A stretch of DNA of 64,000 nt from Thermofilaceae archaeon (lineage in GTDB: Archaea > Thermoproteota > Thermoprotei > Thermofilales > Thermofilaceae): contig JAWCCZ010000006.1 in the NCBI GenBank assembly GCA_038861545.1, forward strand, positions 12,079 through 76,078, written 5' to 3'. A program made the translations under genes and the position numbers. The number at the start of each line of letters is the position of its first letter. The first letter of the stretch is position 1. The notes below the pieces were generated by a model, which saw only the letters and a program-made list of their open reading frames with translations, was not told the origin of the DNA and made no database searches. This document shows positions 39,226 through 48,569 of the stretch, in pieces.

Positions 39226-40229
39226 AGTTTAACTGTTCCCCCTTTAAGGCTTGATTTAATTACAGCTTCTATTATTCGTGTATTTTCAATGCCTTCTTCA
39301 GCCTTAATTAATGGGGCTGCTCGACCTGATACACACTCGATAAAATGTTCATCAGCTTTGCGGAGGAATCCCGTCACTGTTCCTCGAAGCTTGTAAAACT
39401 TAGCTACGTGCGGATACGCTAATTTATCTTTAGATGTAACCGTTAATCCCTCTGATTCCGCGTTTATGTGAACTGTGCCTTCACTACCTACAAGCTCCAG
39501 CTTAAAGTCGAATATTGAGGGTGAGGATTCGGGTAGCACCCATCCGCTTTCGAGAAGAGCAAACCCCTCTTCATCAAATTTGAGCAAAGCACCTACAGCA
39601 TCTGGGGTGTTCAGATCCGATAAAACTTTGCACACGCTTACAGCATACACTTCGCACACTTTCCTTCTAAAATACCAGCATGCAAGGTCTGCCGTGTGGC
39701 TCATCAGGAAATATGCAACATTAGTTTGAGAGGCCCAAGAAAGCATTCTCTTAGGCACGTATATAGTATCACTCAGCCTAATGTAGGCATATAAGGGTGA
39801 ACCAATCTCGCCTCTTTCCAGAAGTTCTTTAATGTACATAAATGGTGGATTAAAGCGGTTCTCGAAATTCACCATCAGGATAAGGTCCCTGCGCCTAGAT
39901 TCAGCACACATTAGCTCAGCATCGTTAGATTTAGTAGCCATAGGCTTTTCAACAAATACATGTTTTCCAGCTTTCAGCGCCTCCAGCACGGGTTCAAGAT
40001 GCAGGTGATCAGGCGTAGCTACGATGACAGCTTCAACTTCAGGGTCTTCACATAATTCTTTGACATTGGTATAATACCTTGGGATTTTATATTCATCGGC
40101 TATACTTTTAGCTTTCTCTGCGTTAATGTCGGCTACAGCTACAAGCTCAGCGCCTTGTATGCTTTTCAATGCTTCTACATGCAGAATGCCCTGGTTTCCC
40201 AAGCCTACTATACCAATCTTTACCCTCAT
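39222..40229 (-). CDS. Gfo/Idh/MocA family oxidoreductase
   Basis: IGIVGLGNQG, VEKP, ENRFNP, SHTAD. Start moved to ATG 40229 (MRVKIGIVG) because the longer ORF overlaps an sRNA. Confidence 0.92.
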   Translation of the reverse strand: MRVKIGIVGLGNQGILHVEALKSIQGAELVAVADINAEKAKSIADEYKIPRYYTNVKELCEDPEVEAVIVATPDHLHLEPVLEALKAGKHVFVEKPMATKSNDAELMCAESRRRDLILMVNFENRFNPPFMYIKELLERGEIGSPLYAYIRLSDTIYVPKRMLSWASQTNVAYFLMSHTADLACWYFRRKVCEVYAVSVCKVLSDLNTPDAVGALLKFDEEGFALLESGWVLPESSPSIFDFKLELVGSEGTVHINAESEGLTVTSKDKLAYPHVAKFYKLRGTVTGFLRKADEHFIECVSGRAAPLIKAEEGIENTRIIEAVIKSSLKGGTVKL

Positions 40230-40286
40230 AGCTTGCGGACTTAAAGCTGGAGAGGTAGATAATAGTAGCGCACGGCTAGGAGAGTA

Positions 40287-40353
40287 GAGGTCAGTTTTCC
40301 TAGCCCCTCTCACTCTCACTTAGAGTCGAGAGTTCCAGCGTTCATCACTCCCC
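40287..40353 (-). ncRNA. C/D-box methylation-guide sRNA
   Basis: Box C GTGATGA 40348-42; 12-nt guide; D' TCGA 40329-26; C'-like GTGAGA; 13-nt guide; D CTGA 40294-91; terminal GGGG/CCTC; TATA TTATAT 40378-73. Confidence 0.75.
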
Positions 40354-40505
40354 GGTTAAGTACCCTGCTGGAATATAACAGTTTAGCTTACTTGACTGTA
40401 GGTTGCCACTGAAAAATATTATCTCTGATTAAGCCTCTCATTTTCCTTGCGCTCTCCTTCTCGCAGAAGATTTTTATTCTTAGCCGAGCATTAACACAGG
40501 GTTTT

Positions 40506-41210
40506 ATGTCGCAAGTCATCTGGACAGGAAAGCCTTACATGAGGAAGACCGTTGTGAAATTCGCGACCTTGTTCATCGTGCTTACGTTGTTTTTATTCCC
40601 CCTGTTTATTGTAATGCCATTCGCTTTCCTGGCTTGGATTTTAGGTTTGGCAATTCTCTTCCCATTTTACTACTATTACAAGAGCTCTTTTACCTACTAC
40701 ATTACAGACAAATCGGTTAGGATCGAGCAAGAATGGAGTTTTGGTAGCTACTCTAGAGAAGTAACTTTTGACCAGATCAGAGACGTTCATGTTTTTCAAG
40801 GCGTCTTAGCAAGGGTTTTTAACTGCGGATCCGTAGCCTTCGTTACATCAGCGGGCCTCGAAGTCGCTTACGCCTACAGCGGCGTAGGAACTGGAAGAGT
40901 TGGACCGGGTGTAGGTGTTGGCCAGGCTCAACCCCAAGTAGTTAAAGGAAGGAAAAACATGTTTTGGGACATACATTCACCCAATCAGGTTGGGGCGATG
41001 ATTAGTGAGAAGCTGGCTGAATGGAGGGAAGTTGTACAGCAACGAAGAATAGCTGCTTCTATGGAGAAAATGACTGGAGCGGCTACGCCCCAACGGGTTC
41101 AGCCTGCGCATATTTTAGATGAACTTGAAAGATTGAAGAGGTTACTAGACGAGGGCGCTATAACTAAGGAGGAGTATGAAAAACTGAAGAAGAAACTCTT
41201 AGAAGATTAA
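40506..41210 (+). CDS. Membrane protein with a bacterial PH (bPH_2) domain and C-terminal SHOCT
   Basis: Two TM helices, YYITDK, QGVLARVFNCGSV, ELERLKRLLDEGAITKEEYEKLKKKLL. Confidence 0.85.
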   Translation: MSQVIWTGKPYMRKTVVKFATLFIVLTLFLFPLFIVMPFAFLAWILGLAILFPFYYYYKSSFTYYITDKSVRIEQEWSFGSYSREVTFDQIRDVHVFQGVLARVFNCGSVAFVTSAGLEVAYAYSGVGTGRVGPGVGVGQAQPQVVKGRKNMFWDIHSPNQVGAMISEKLAEWREVVQQRRIAASMEKMTGAATPQRVQPAHILDELERLKRLLDEGAITKEEYEKLKKKLLED

Positions 41211-41241
41211 GAATCGGCGTATATCCTCTAGTCAGGGTTAG

Positions 41242-41263
41242 AACAGCTTTTCCAAAAGCTGTT
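41242..41263. promoter_or_regulatory. Perfect 10-2-10 inverted repeat overlapping the BRE/TATA of the SDR gene; candidate operator
   Basis: AACAGCTTTT-CC-AAAAGCTGTT, overlapping TTTAAG 41262-67. Confidence 0.55.
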
Positions 41264-41288
41264 TAAGTACCTTTAGATATCTTTTCGT

Positions 41289-42194
41289 GTGGGCAGGTTC
41301 GAGAACAAAGTAGCTATAGTAACTGGAGGGGCTAGGGGAATTGGAGCAGCGATAGCTTACAGGTTGGGATCCGAGGGTGCGAAGGTGGTTCTCTTCGATT
41401 TAGACGCAGAAGCTGGTACAAAGAGGTTGGAAATGCTCAGGAGTAAAGGGGTTAGAGGAATCTACGTGCAAGGAGATGTAGCTAGGGAATCCGACGTTAG
41501 CCGGTGCGTTAGAACCGCTGTGGAAATTTTCGGGCGAATCGATATTTTAGTGAACAACGCCGGCATAGGCTTCTCGGGAAAGCCTTTATTCCAGCAAACG
41601 TTAGGGGAGTGGGAGAGGATTATTTCAGTTAACTTAACTGGTCCGTACATTTTTTCGAAGTATTCAGCTAAGGTAATGGCAGAGCTCGGGGGTGGGGTAA
41701 TAATCAACATTGCAAGCACCCGGGCGCTGCAATCAGAGCCTAACACTGAACCTTACTCCGCATCAAAAGGTGGTTTAGTAGCTTTAACTCACTCTCTAGC
41801 GGTGAGCTTAACTAAGTACAGGATAAGAGTTGTTGCAATTTCACCCGGGTGGGTTGACACCAGCTACTGGCAAATCCCGCCAAAAGAGCCCTCGCTTACC
41901 GAGCTAGATCACGAACAGCATTTAACCGGTAGAGTGGGTAGACCTGAGGACATAGCCTCGCTCGTAGCTTTTCTGGCTTCAGATGAAGCTAGCTGGATCA
42001 CTGGTGTAAACTTTATCATTGACGGAGGGATGACGGTGAAAATGCTATACTTAGACGATACCGTAATCGCAGACGCTGCTGCCACGCTGACTGGCGATTC
42101 CGATTTCGCCAAGCTCTTAAAACTGCTTCTGTCAGGGGATCCAAATACTCAGGCGAAAGCCAAGGAGGTTATGAAGAGTGTGCTGGAGAGCTAA
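41289..42194 (+). CDS. SDR family oxidoreductase with a C-terminal extension
   Basis: TGGARGIG, NNAG, YSASK, ISPGW, DGG. Confidence 0.93.
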   Translation: MGRFENKVAIVTGGARGIGAAIAYRLGSEGAKVVLFDLDAEAGTKRLEMLRSKGVRGIYVQGDVARESDVSRCVRTAVEIFGRIDILVNNAGIGFSGKPLFQQTLGEWERIISVNLTGPYIFSKYSAKVMAELGGGVIINIASTRALQSEPNTEPYSASKGGLVALTHSLAVSLTKYRIRVVAISPGWVDTSYWQIPPKEPSLTELDHEQHLTGRVGRPEDIASLVAFLASDEASWITGVNFIIDGGMTVKMLYLDDTVIADAAATLTGDSDFAKLLKLLLSGDPNTQAKAKEVMKSVLES

Positions 42195-43248
42195 CGTTAA
42201 TCCTTCGGTACTTATTGGCCGCGTCGTACAGCGCAATTATATTCCCCAGAGGAGTGCTAGGCAATATTGTATGGCTCGGCCTTAAGGTATAGCCCGTAGG
42301 TCCTAGTACATTGAATACGTACTTTACTTCAGCTGTCACCTCGCCAGGCGATTTCCAGGGTAAACTTTGCACGCCAATACCTCCCTCAAAGCTTAACTGA
42401 TCGCCGTAGAGCCTCTTTATGCGCGCTATATCCATTGCTTCAGGCTGTAAGGGTTCCAGGACATCTACTCCAATTTCTACTAAGTCCGGGATTATGGGCT
42501 CGATCCATCCGTCGCTATGAAAATGGAAGAACGCACCATGCTTATGGACCGTTCTTGCTAGTTTCTCGTAGCGCGGCTTTAGAAAGCGCCTCCACAACTC
42601 GGGGGAAATCATCATTGTGGTTTGTGTACCCACGTCATCTCCGCTGTACACCTGGTCTACCCCAGCCTCGGCCAGTAGAGCGGCTTGCCGCTCCGCGATG
42701 CCGAAAAGCCTGTCAAGCACGGACTCGACTTTCCACGGCTCTAGGAGCATCAACCGGAAGATCTTGTTATAGCCGAAAAGAGCACACGCTGTCTCGAAAG
42801 GTTGAAGCACGGCACCGACAACGCAGTAATCCTCAAAGCTTTGCCTAAATTCCTCGACCACCTTTACGTCCTCCTCTTTGAGTTCAGGGTACTCGTACTC
42901 ATAGGTTTCCACAAGCTCTAGTGGATGCTCGGCATGCATGCTAGTTCGGCCGTCACTTGAAAACCTATACACTACGCCGAAAGAATCCCTATACAGACGC
43001 CTACCATTGTTATCCCTAAACCAGCCCTCGTACGAGCTCACCAGCCCTATTCCAAGCCAGCTAATGTTAGGTAGAAACCCTCTGTAGTCAATATTCAATC
43101 TCCTCAGTAGGCGCTCGATATGGTCTACACCCAACGTTGATGAAAGCTCCTCCAAAGGCTCGGGTGATTCAATCCAAATGTTCAATGGAACCATGTCCAA
43201 TTCTTCTCTCCTAACGGCTCTGTAGCAGCGTTCCCTAGGGGTGAGCAT
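42169..43248 (-). CDS. URO-D superfamily protein (second paralog)
   Basis: TPRER...DMVP, GDDVGTQ, MISP, FHSDG, PLQPEAMD, RPSH. Start likely ATG 43248. Confidence 0.88.
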   Translation of the reverse strand: MLTPRERCYRAVRREELDMVPLNIWIESPEPLEELSSTLGVDHIERLLRRLNIDYRGFLPNISWLGIGLVSSYEGWFRDNNGRRLYRDSFGVVYRFSSDGRTSMHAEHPLELVETYEYEYPELKEEDVKVVEEFRQSFEDYCVVGAVLQPFETACALFGYNKIFRLMLLEPWKVESVLDRLFGIAERQAALLAEAGVDQVYSGDDVGTQTTMMISPELWRRFLKPRYEKLARTVHKHGAFFHFHSDGWIEPIIPDLVEIGVDVLEPLQPEAMDIARIKRLYGDQLSFEGGIGVQSLPWKSPGEVTAEVKYVFNVLGPTGYTLRPSHTILPSTPLGNIIALYDAANKYRRINVSSPAHSS

Positions 43249-43391
43249 GGCTATCGATAAGTTCAAGGACTCTCTAGTTAATAGATTTGCCTCCTCTACA
43301 TTTACTATAGATAGCCTGAAACTTTGGATACCAGTTTAGAACCGCAATGCATAAATGGTTCCTTCGTTAACTAAAAACAAGGCGTGGAGAT

Positions 43392-43799
43392 ATGTCTATA
43401 GCTAGAAGCCAGTTAATAGGTAAAAAAGTTTACAACCCTGATGGGAGTTTTGTCGGCGACGTTACGGATATAGGGCTCGCAGTAGGGGAAAGTCAAATCT
43501 CACTCGTGGTTGCTACTGCCGCTGGAACCACTATCAACATACCTTGGAACAACGTTTCCGCAGCCAAAGATATAATTCTGCTCAAAGAAACTGTGGAAGT
43601 TCCTCAACCCACCATGATACCCTCAGTCACCCCCGTTACCACTACACAGTTTTCTCAGCCCGCCCAATCTAAGACTGGCTTAAAATTGCCTTTTAAACGT
43701 GAAAAAGAGCAGATGATGTGCCCTACATGCGGTCAGCCAGCTACTTGGATACCCCAGTACCAGCGCTGGTACTGTTACAACTGCCAGAAATATCTATAA
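43392..43799 (+). CDS. PRC-barrel protein with a Pro/Thr linker and C-terminal zinc ribbon
   Basis: LIGKKVYNPDGSFVGDVTDI...IPW...DIILL; CPTC...WIPQYQRWYCYNC. Confidence 0.85.
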   Translation: MSIARSQLIGKKVYNPDGSFVGDVTDIGLAVGESQISLVVATAAGTTINIPWNNVSAAKDIILLKETVEVPQPTMIPSVTPVTTTQFSQPAQSKTGLKLPFKREKEQMMCPTCGQPATWIPQYQRWYCYNCQKYL

Positions 43800-44050
43800 A
43801 AATTAGGATTGTTTTTTAAAAGGATTAAAACACTTTTCGATTACCTGTGCCTCTCTCTTCTCGGAAAGCATTATGCTTAATCTAGTTCTTTAGGCATAGT
43901 TATCCGTGTCATCGCGGGCAGCATTTTGCACTTCCGGATGAACATAGCGTTTCTCTAGCACGGTAACTTGCACAACTTTCTCCCGTAGTGTCGATACCAG
44001 GCAGTTGCGCTGTCGAAAGACTAATATGGCTGCCCTAAGAGGACAACCGC

Positions 44051-44929
44051 ATGGAAAAGAGGGTTCTGGGGAGAACCGGGTATCGGGTTACGATCCTGAC
44101 AATCGGTGGAGCGGGGCCCGGTTTCACGCCTTTCGTAGAAGAGGGTATCAAAGCCTTCGAAATGGCAGTCGAGAGGGGCTTAAACATGGTTGATATAGCA
44201 CCCAGCTACAGCGAGGCTGAAGTTAGGCTTGGCCCACTGATAAGCAAGTATAGGGATAGACTTGTGATCGCTGAAAAGACTATGGAAAGAACGAGGGAAG
44301 GCGCTTGGGGAGAGCTAAAGCAGTCGCTTATCCGGCTTGGCGTTAAAAACTTTGATATCTACCAGTTTCACGCTGTCAGCTCACTAGAGGAGCTCGATAA
44401 GATTTTCGAGAGGGGAGGTGCAGTGGAAGCTTTTACTGAAGCTAGGGATCAGGGGCTCATCAAGTTCATTGGGATCACAGTCCACAACGACATGAGGATT
44501 GTGCTCAAAGCTCTCAACCGCTTCGATTTTGATACTATTCTCATACCGGTTAACGTGGCGAGCATGATACACCCCACGCCGGAAAATGATTTTCGACCAG
44601 TGCTTAAAGTTGCTGTGGAGAGGGATATCGGGATAATCGCGATGAAAGCTATTGCGAAAAGAAGATGGCCTGGCGAACGGAGGCTAATCGGCGATAGGCA
44701 GTTTACGTCTTGGTACGAGCCGCTAGAAGAACAAGCGGATATTGATAAAGCTGTTTGGTTCACTTTATCTCAAGAAGGCGTTGCTACTTATACGATGTCT
44801 TCTGAAGTGAGGCTATGGTCTAAGATAATAAGCTCTGGAGAAAGATTCAGGGGACTCAGTGAAAAAGAGCAATCAAACATTGCTGAATATTTCAGCCAAA
44901 AAGGCGTAAAACCGCTCTTCCCGGAGTAA
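44051..44929 (+). CDS. Aldo/keto reductase
   Basis: KRVLGRTG, DIAPSY, SLIRLG..FDIYQFH, IGITVH, IIAMK. Confidence 0.9.
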   Translation: MEKRVLGRTGYRVTILTIGGAGPGFTPFVEEGIKAFEMAVERGLNMVDIAPSYSEAEVRLGPLISKYRDRLVIAEKTMERTREGAWGELKQSLIRLGVKNFDIYQFHAVSSLEELDKIFERGGAVEAFTEARDQGLIKFIGITVHNDMRIVLKALNRFDFDTILIPVNVASMIHPTPENDFRPVLKVAVERDIGIIAMKAIAKRRWPGERRLIGDRQFTSWYEPLEEQADIDKAVWFTLSQEGVATYTMSSEVRLWSKIISSGERFRGLSEKEQSNIAEYFSQKGVKPLFPE

Positions 44930-45088
44930 CGTTTTTACATTCGTTAACTTGGGCGAGCGTTACAGGTAACTTTTCCTCTCTGTTACTCGATCCTATGCTG
45001 ATGACTTAACATCCAAAACGTGCATGTATGACAGAAGGCTTCGCCAGTGTAGTAGTTAAATTAAAATGGAGGGGAGAAATACTGACGC

Positions 45089-46045
45089 ATGGGTGTAATT
45101 AGAACGGTTCTTGGCGATATTACACCCGATAAACTTGGTATGGCTTTAACTCATGAGCATGTGATCTGTGATTTTATCGGTGCGGATAAAGTTGACAGGT
45201 CTAGGTACAGCCGAACCGAGGTTTTCGAGATCATGTTTCCATACTTGGCGGAAATTAAACAGTTAGGTGTGAGCGGGTTTATAGACTGTACTCCAGCTTT
45301 TATCGGGCGGGATCCCCTGCTGCTATCTGAATTATCGAAAGCTATTGGGTTACACATTTTAACAAATACTGGCTTGTATAAGGAGCCTTTTTTACCCAGA
45401 TATGCTTTCGAGTATAGCGCCGATCAATTAGCTGAGATTTGGGCACTCGAGATAGAGGAGGGAGTAGAAAACGAAATAGTTAGAGCTCGAAGCAGTGCAG
45501 TAGAGAGATTCCCTCTGAAAGCTGGTTTCATAAAAATTGCTGTTAATCCAGGCCATATAGTCCCAATACAAGAGAAGATAATACGGGCAGCATCTCGATG
45601 CAGTTTGTCCACAGGGGCAACTATAGTTTGTCACACAGCGAATGGAACAGCCGCCATTGAATTGCTCAAAATCGCAGAGGAGGAAGGACTCGACGCTAGC
45701 AAGCTAGTTGTAGCTCACAGTGACGCTATAGATGAGTGGAGTTATCATCTAAGAATTTTTCAGCTGGGAGCTTGGGTATCTTATGATGGAATCAGTAAGG
45801 AGACTGTTCAAAGAACCCTTAAGCTACTTGGTCTCGTAGTTGACAATGGTTTCGAAGATCAACTCCTTTTATCTCAGGATGCTGGTTGGTACAATGTTGG
45901 TCAACCCAAGGGTGGGACAATAAGGGGCTATTCATTTATAATAAAGGAATTTATCCCTATATTTATCGAAAAAGGCTTCAGCCACAGCTTAGTGCAAAAG
46001 ATTCTAGTCAACAACCCGGCACGGGCATTTCAAATACCGGTTTAA
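45089..46045 (+). CDS. Phosphotriesterase/lactonase-like amidohydrolase
   Basis: IRTVLG, THEH, DCTP...GRD, CHT, AHSD, LSQD, NPAR. Confidence 0.92.
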   Translation: MGVIRTVLGDITPDKLGMALTHEHVICDFIGADKVDRSRYSRTEVFEIMFPYLAEIKQLGVSGFIDCTPAFIGRDPLLLSELSKAIGLHILTNTGLYKEPFLPRYAFEYSADQLAEIWALEIEEGVENEIVRARSSAVERFPLKAGFIKIAVNPGHIVPIQEKIIRAASRCSLSTGATIVCHTANGTAAIELLKIAEEEGLDASKLVVAHSDAIDEWSYHLRIFQLGAWVSYDGISKETVQRTLKLLGLVVDNGFEDQLLLSQDAGWYNVGQPKGGTIRGYSFIIKEFIPIFIEKGFSHSLVQKILVNNPARAFQIPV

Positions 46046-46132
46046 TTATTACGTAATCTTCGCTAAACTTAGGGTGTCTTATTCTTCACTAAAATAAGAA
46101 AGATTAATATGTAGGAAGAAGTTCCTAGCTTT

Positions 46133-46663
46133 GTGACAAGCGGATCAACCATCCGGCTAACTTCGAGTTTGCTTGAAAAACTTCTTATAGTAGTGCTGCT
46201 TATATGGGCTATCTCCGCTAGTAGTTTAGCAGCTTATAACTACCTAAGAGCTGAAAAGCTGGCATCTGAAGTTTCCCATCTCACTACTGTGCTGAGTACA
46301 ACCGAGTCGGAATTACATGATCTGAGGATGCGTATAGTAATTGTAAATATAGGTATCGATTATGGCAATGGTACGGTTAAATGGTTTAATGTAACTCCTT
46401 TATCTAAGGGAGCAACTGTACTGAAAGCGTTACTGGCTGTTGCCAGCCGTGTCGAATACACGTATGGTCCTTGGGGGGCTTATGTAACCTCAGTTAACGG
46501 TGTAAAAGAGGAAATCATTGCTTCTAATGAAGGCTACTCGTGGCTCTGGTATATATACGATAAGGAGAAGGGTGTATGGATCCCAGGTCCTGTGGCTTCT
46601 GACCAGTACGAGCTACCTGACGGGTCTTCCGTTAAGTGGATATATGAACACTGGAAATTTTAA
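46133..46663 (+). CDS. Membrane-anchored DUF4430 (transcobalamin C-terminal-like) protein
   Basis: TM plus coiled coil; IDYGNGT, GAYVTSVNGV, WLWYI, PVASDQYELPDG.VKW. Confidence 0.8.
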   Translation: MTSGSTIRLTSSLLEKLLIVVLLIWAISASSLAAYNYLRAEKLASEVSHLTTVLSTTESELHDLRMRIVIVNIGIDYGNGTVKWFNVTPLSKGATVLKALLAVASRVEYTYGPWGAYVTSVNGVKEEIIASNEGYSWLWYIYDKEKGVWIPGPVASDQYELPDGSSVKWIYEHWKF

Positions 46664-47235
46664 TGTGGCTTAAAGTGAACCGTAAAGAGTTGAAGATTGC
46701 TTTTCTTTTAACGTTAAGCAGCGGGGTTAAGGGGAGGTATACCCTGCGTGATGAACTTGGAGTTAGAGAAGGTATACTTAAGGGGCTGTACGAAGAGTTG
46801 AAGAGAGAAGGTTTAATTGAAGTTCATAGAGGAGGTGCTCGGATTAGTGCAAAGGGGCGTGAAGCTCTAGCTTTAATGCTGCGTGAATGCGGTGTAATGG
46901 ATGCTAGGATTCTTGAGGAGGTTAATGCATGGGGGGAGCAGCTACGAGGCGTTGCAGCGGCCCTAATCAGCGATGTAAGGAATATAGTGAAAGCTCGGGA
47001 TGTTGTGGTAAGAGCTGGAGCAGCAATGGCCTTAATCGTAAAGGTTAAGGACGGACACATGTACCTACCAGCTGTCGAAGACTACGATATTAAGGAGCAT
47101 TTACCGGCCGTTTACGAGATCCTGGCTTCGATGCCACGTACCGCTGCGTACATCGTGGCTCTATCGGAGAAAATTTACCCTTGTATACTGGGAGTTCTTA
47201 GACTTGGAGAGTTAGTTTCAAAAGGCTTTGTTTGA
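46663..47235 (+). CDS. Winged-helix putative transcriptional regulator (DUF4443-like)
   Basis: GRYTLRDELGVREG...LKREGLIEVHRGG; RDVVVRAGA. Confidence 0.65.
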   Translation: MWLKVNRKELKIAFLLTLSSGVKGRYTLRDELGVREGILKGLYEELKREGLIEVHRGGARISAKGREALALMLRECGVMDARILEEVNAWGEQLRGVAAALISDVRNIVKARDVVVRAGAAMALIVKVKDGHMYLPAVEDYDIKEHLPAVYEILASMPRTAAYIVALSEKIYPCILGVLRLGELVSKGFV

Positions 47236-47947
47236 CATACCTACTATGGGTCATAAACTCGGGCTCGAAAAGCTGACACTGCTAACCGTGTTCATGCTCA
47301 TTTCGTGTGTAGCGGCGCAGCCGGTGGCGTTAACCAGCGGAGATACCCCCTTAAGCGGGGCAATAGTGGATGTGGAGAAGCTTGATGGCACTAGATTAAG
47401 GCTCACCGCTGGACCCGATGGGACAGTGACTGTGATGGAGGTTCCGCTAGGGATCCTGAAGGTTAAGGTAGTTAGCTGGAAGAACGTTCCCGTAAACTAT
47501 GAGTGTGTAACCACCCCCGAAAATAGGACCATCACCGTCAAGGGTATAAACCGCGTTGTAGTAACTGTAACTGGGTCTAGGGGTCAGGGGTTGCCCGGAG
47601 CTCTCGTGAAAGTATTTTACGGGGGCTTAGAAGTGGAATCCGGGTTGACCGACGATTCAGGGGTTTACCGAACCTTGCTCCCCTCCGCAAGCTATGTAAT
47701 AAGAGTTGAGTACAATGGGGCAGCTACAGAGAGGAGCGTGGAATTGAGAGACTATCTTGAAGTAAAAATCCCATTGGATGTATTCACTGTTATAGGGAAC
47801 TACCCTATTTCATCGAGCGAATTCATGGGGATTATGGCCTTTGTAATAACGCTTGTATTTACGATCTTCGTCATAGCCTACGAGTACGTACAGTGGCGGA
47901 AGAGGAAAACAATTAGCGCCGTAGTTAAGGCAGGTGAGGTTAGATAG
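47228..47947 (+). CDS. Membrane-anchored protein with two carboxypeptidase-regulatory-like beta domains
   Basis: Signal peptide, PLSGAIV / GLPGALV...TDDSG repeats, C-terminal TM plus RKRK. Confidence 0.72.
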   Translation: MFDIPTMGHKLGLEKLTLLTVFMLISCVAAQPVALTSGDTPLSGAIVDVEKLDGTRLRLTAGPDGTVTVMEVPLGILKVKVVSWKNVPVNYECVTTPENRTITVKGINRVVVTVTGSRGQGLPGALVKVFYGGLEVESGLTDDSGVYRTLLPSASYVIRVEYNGAATERSVELRDYLEVKIPLDVFTVIGNYPISSSEFMGIMAFVITLVFTIFVIAYEYVQWRKRKTISAVVKAGEVR

Positions 47948-47960
47948 ATTTCCTAGCTAA

Positions 47961-48569
47961 CTATGATTCCCTCGTTAGCCTAACCGTTTGAAGCCTCCTC
48001 TCCACTTGGCTGGCTATCAATTTAGCTGGGATAAAGGAGAACAGCGTGTGGATACAGTTATAAGTAGTCACTAGAACCAGAGTTAGCACAATTACGTCTG
48101 TCCACTCGCTAACTCCTATGCCAGCGGCGTTCAGCAAAAACTTTGAGTAATCAAGCCAGCTCGGGAAAAGGAAGCTTAGCAAGATGTAATTGGCGAGGGC
48201 CATAATGAAAGACCTTAAACCCATACCTAGGAGAAGAGCTAGCCAAAGTTTAGTGGATTTAGAGCGTAAACCCCAGTGCATACCGAATAGCATAGATAAA
48301 ACCGCCGTGAACTTCATGGTCGGTCCTAGGGGGTCACCCCCTCTCGAGAGTAGACCGAAGTAGTGTAATAGTGCGCAAAAGTAACTCCATTTCGGGGCAA
48401 CCAGCATAAAGGTTAGTAGTGAGGGAATCTCTGCAAAGTCGAGCTTGAGGAACGTCAAGGGATAAAAGGGTAACTCTACTCTTAGCGATGAGATAATCAA
48501 CGCCGATGCGGACATGAGTGCGGTGAATGCTATTGCTTGACTTTTACGAGGTTGCGTGTCCACTGGCAC
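47961..48569 (-). CDS. ECF transporter S component (RibU/PanT-like)
   Basis: TALMSA, FLKLDFAEIPSLL, RSFIMALANY; own TATA TTTAAG upstream. Confidence 0.82.
   Translation of the reverse strand: MPVDTQPRKSQAIAFTALMSASALIISSLRVELPFYPLTFLKLDFAEIPSLLTFMLVAPKWSYFCALLHYFGLLSRGGDPLGPTMKFTAVLSMLFGMHWGLRSKSTKLWLALLLGMGLRSFIMALANYILLSFLFPSWLDYSKFLLNAAGIGVSEWTDVIVLTLVLVTTYNCIHTLFSFIPAKLIASQVERRLQTVRLTRES

Noticed and set aside
43800-44050. Possible gene remnant or ncRNA in a 250-bp gap
   Set aside because: Only a short MTRITMPKELD fragment on the minus strand; no convincing structure or motif
44998-45086. CTGATGA...CTGA as a possible third C/D sRNA
   Set aside because: The span of about 88 nt is too long, internal D'/C' boxes are unclear, and it overlaps the promoter/RBS of the downstream gene
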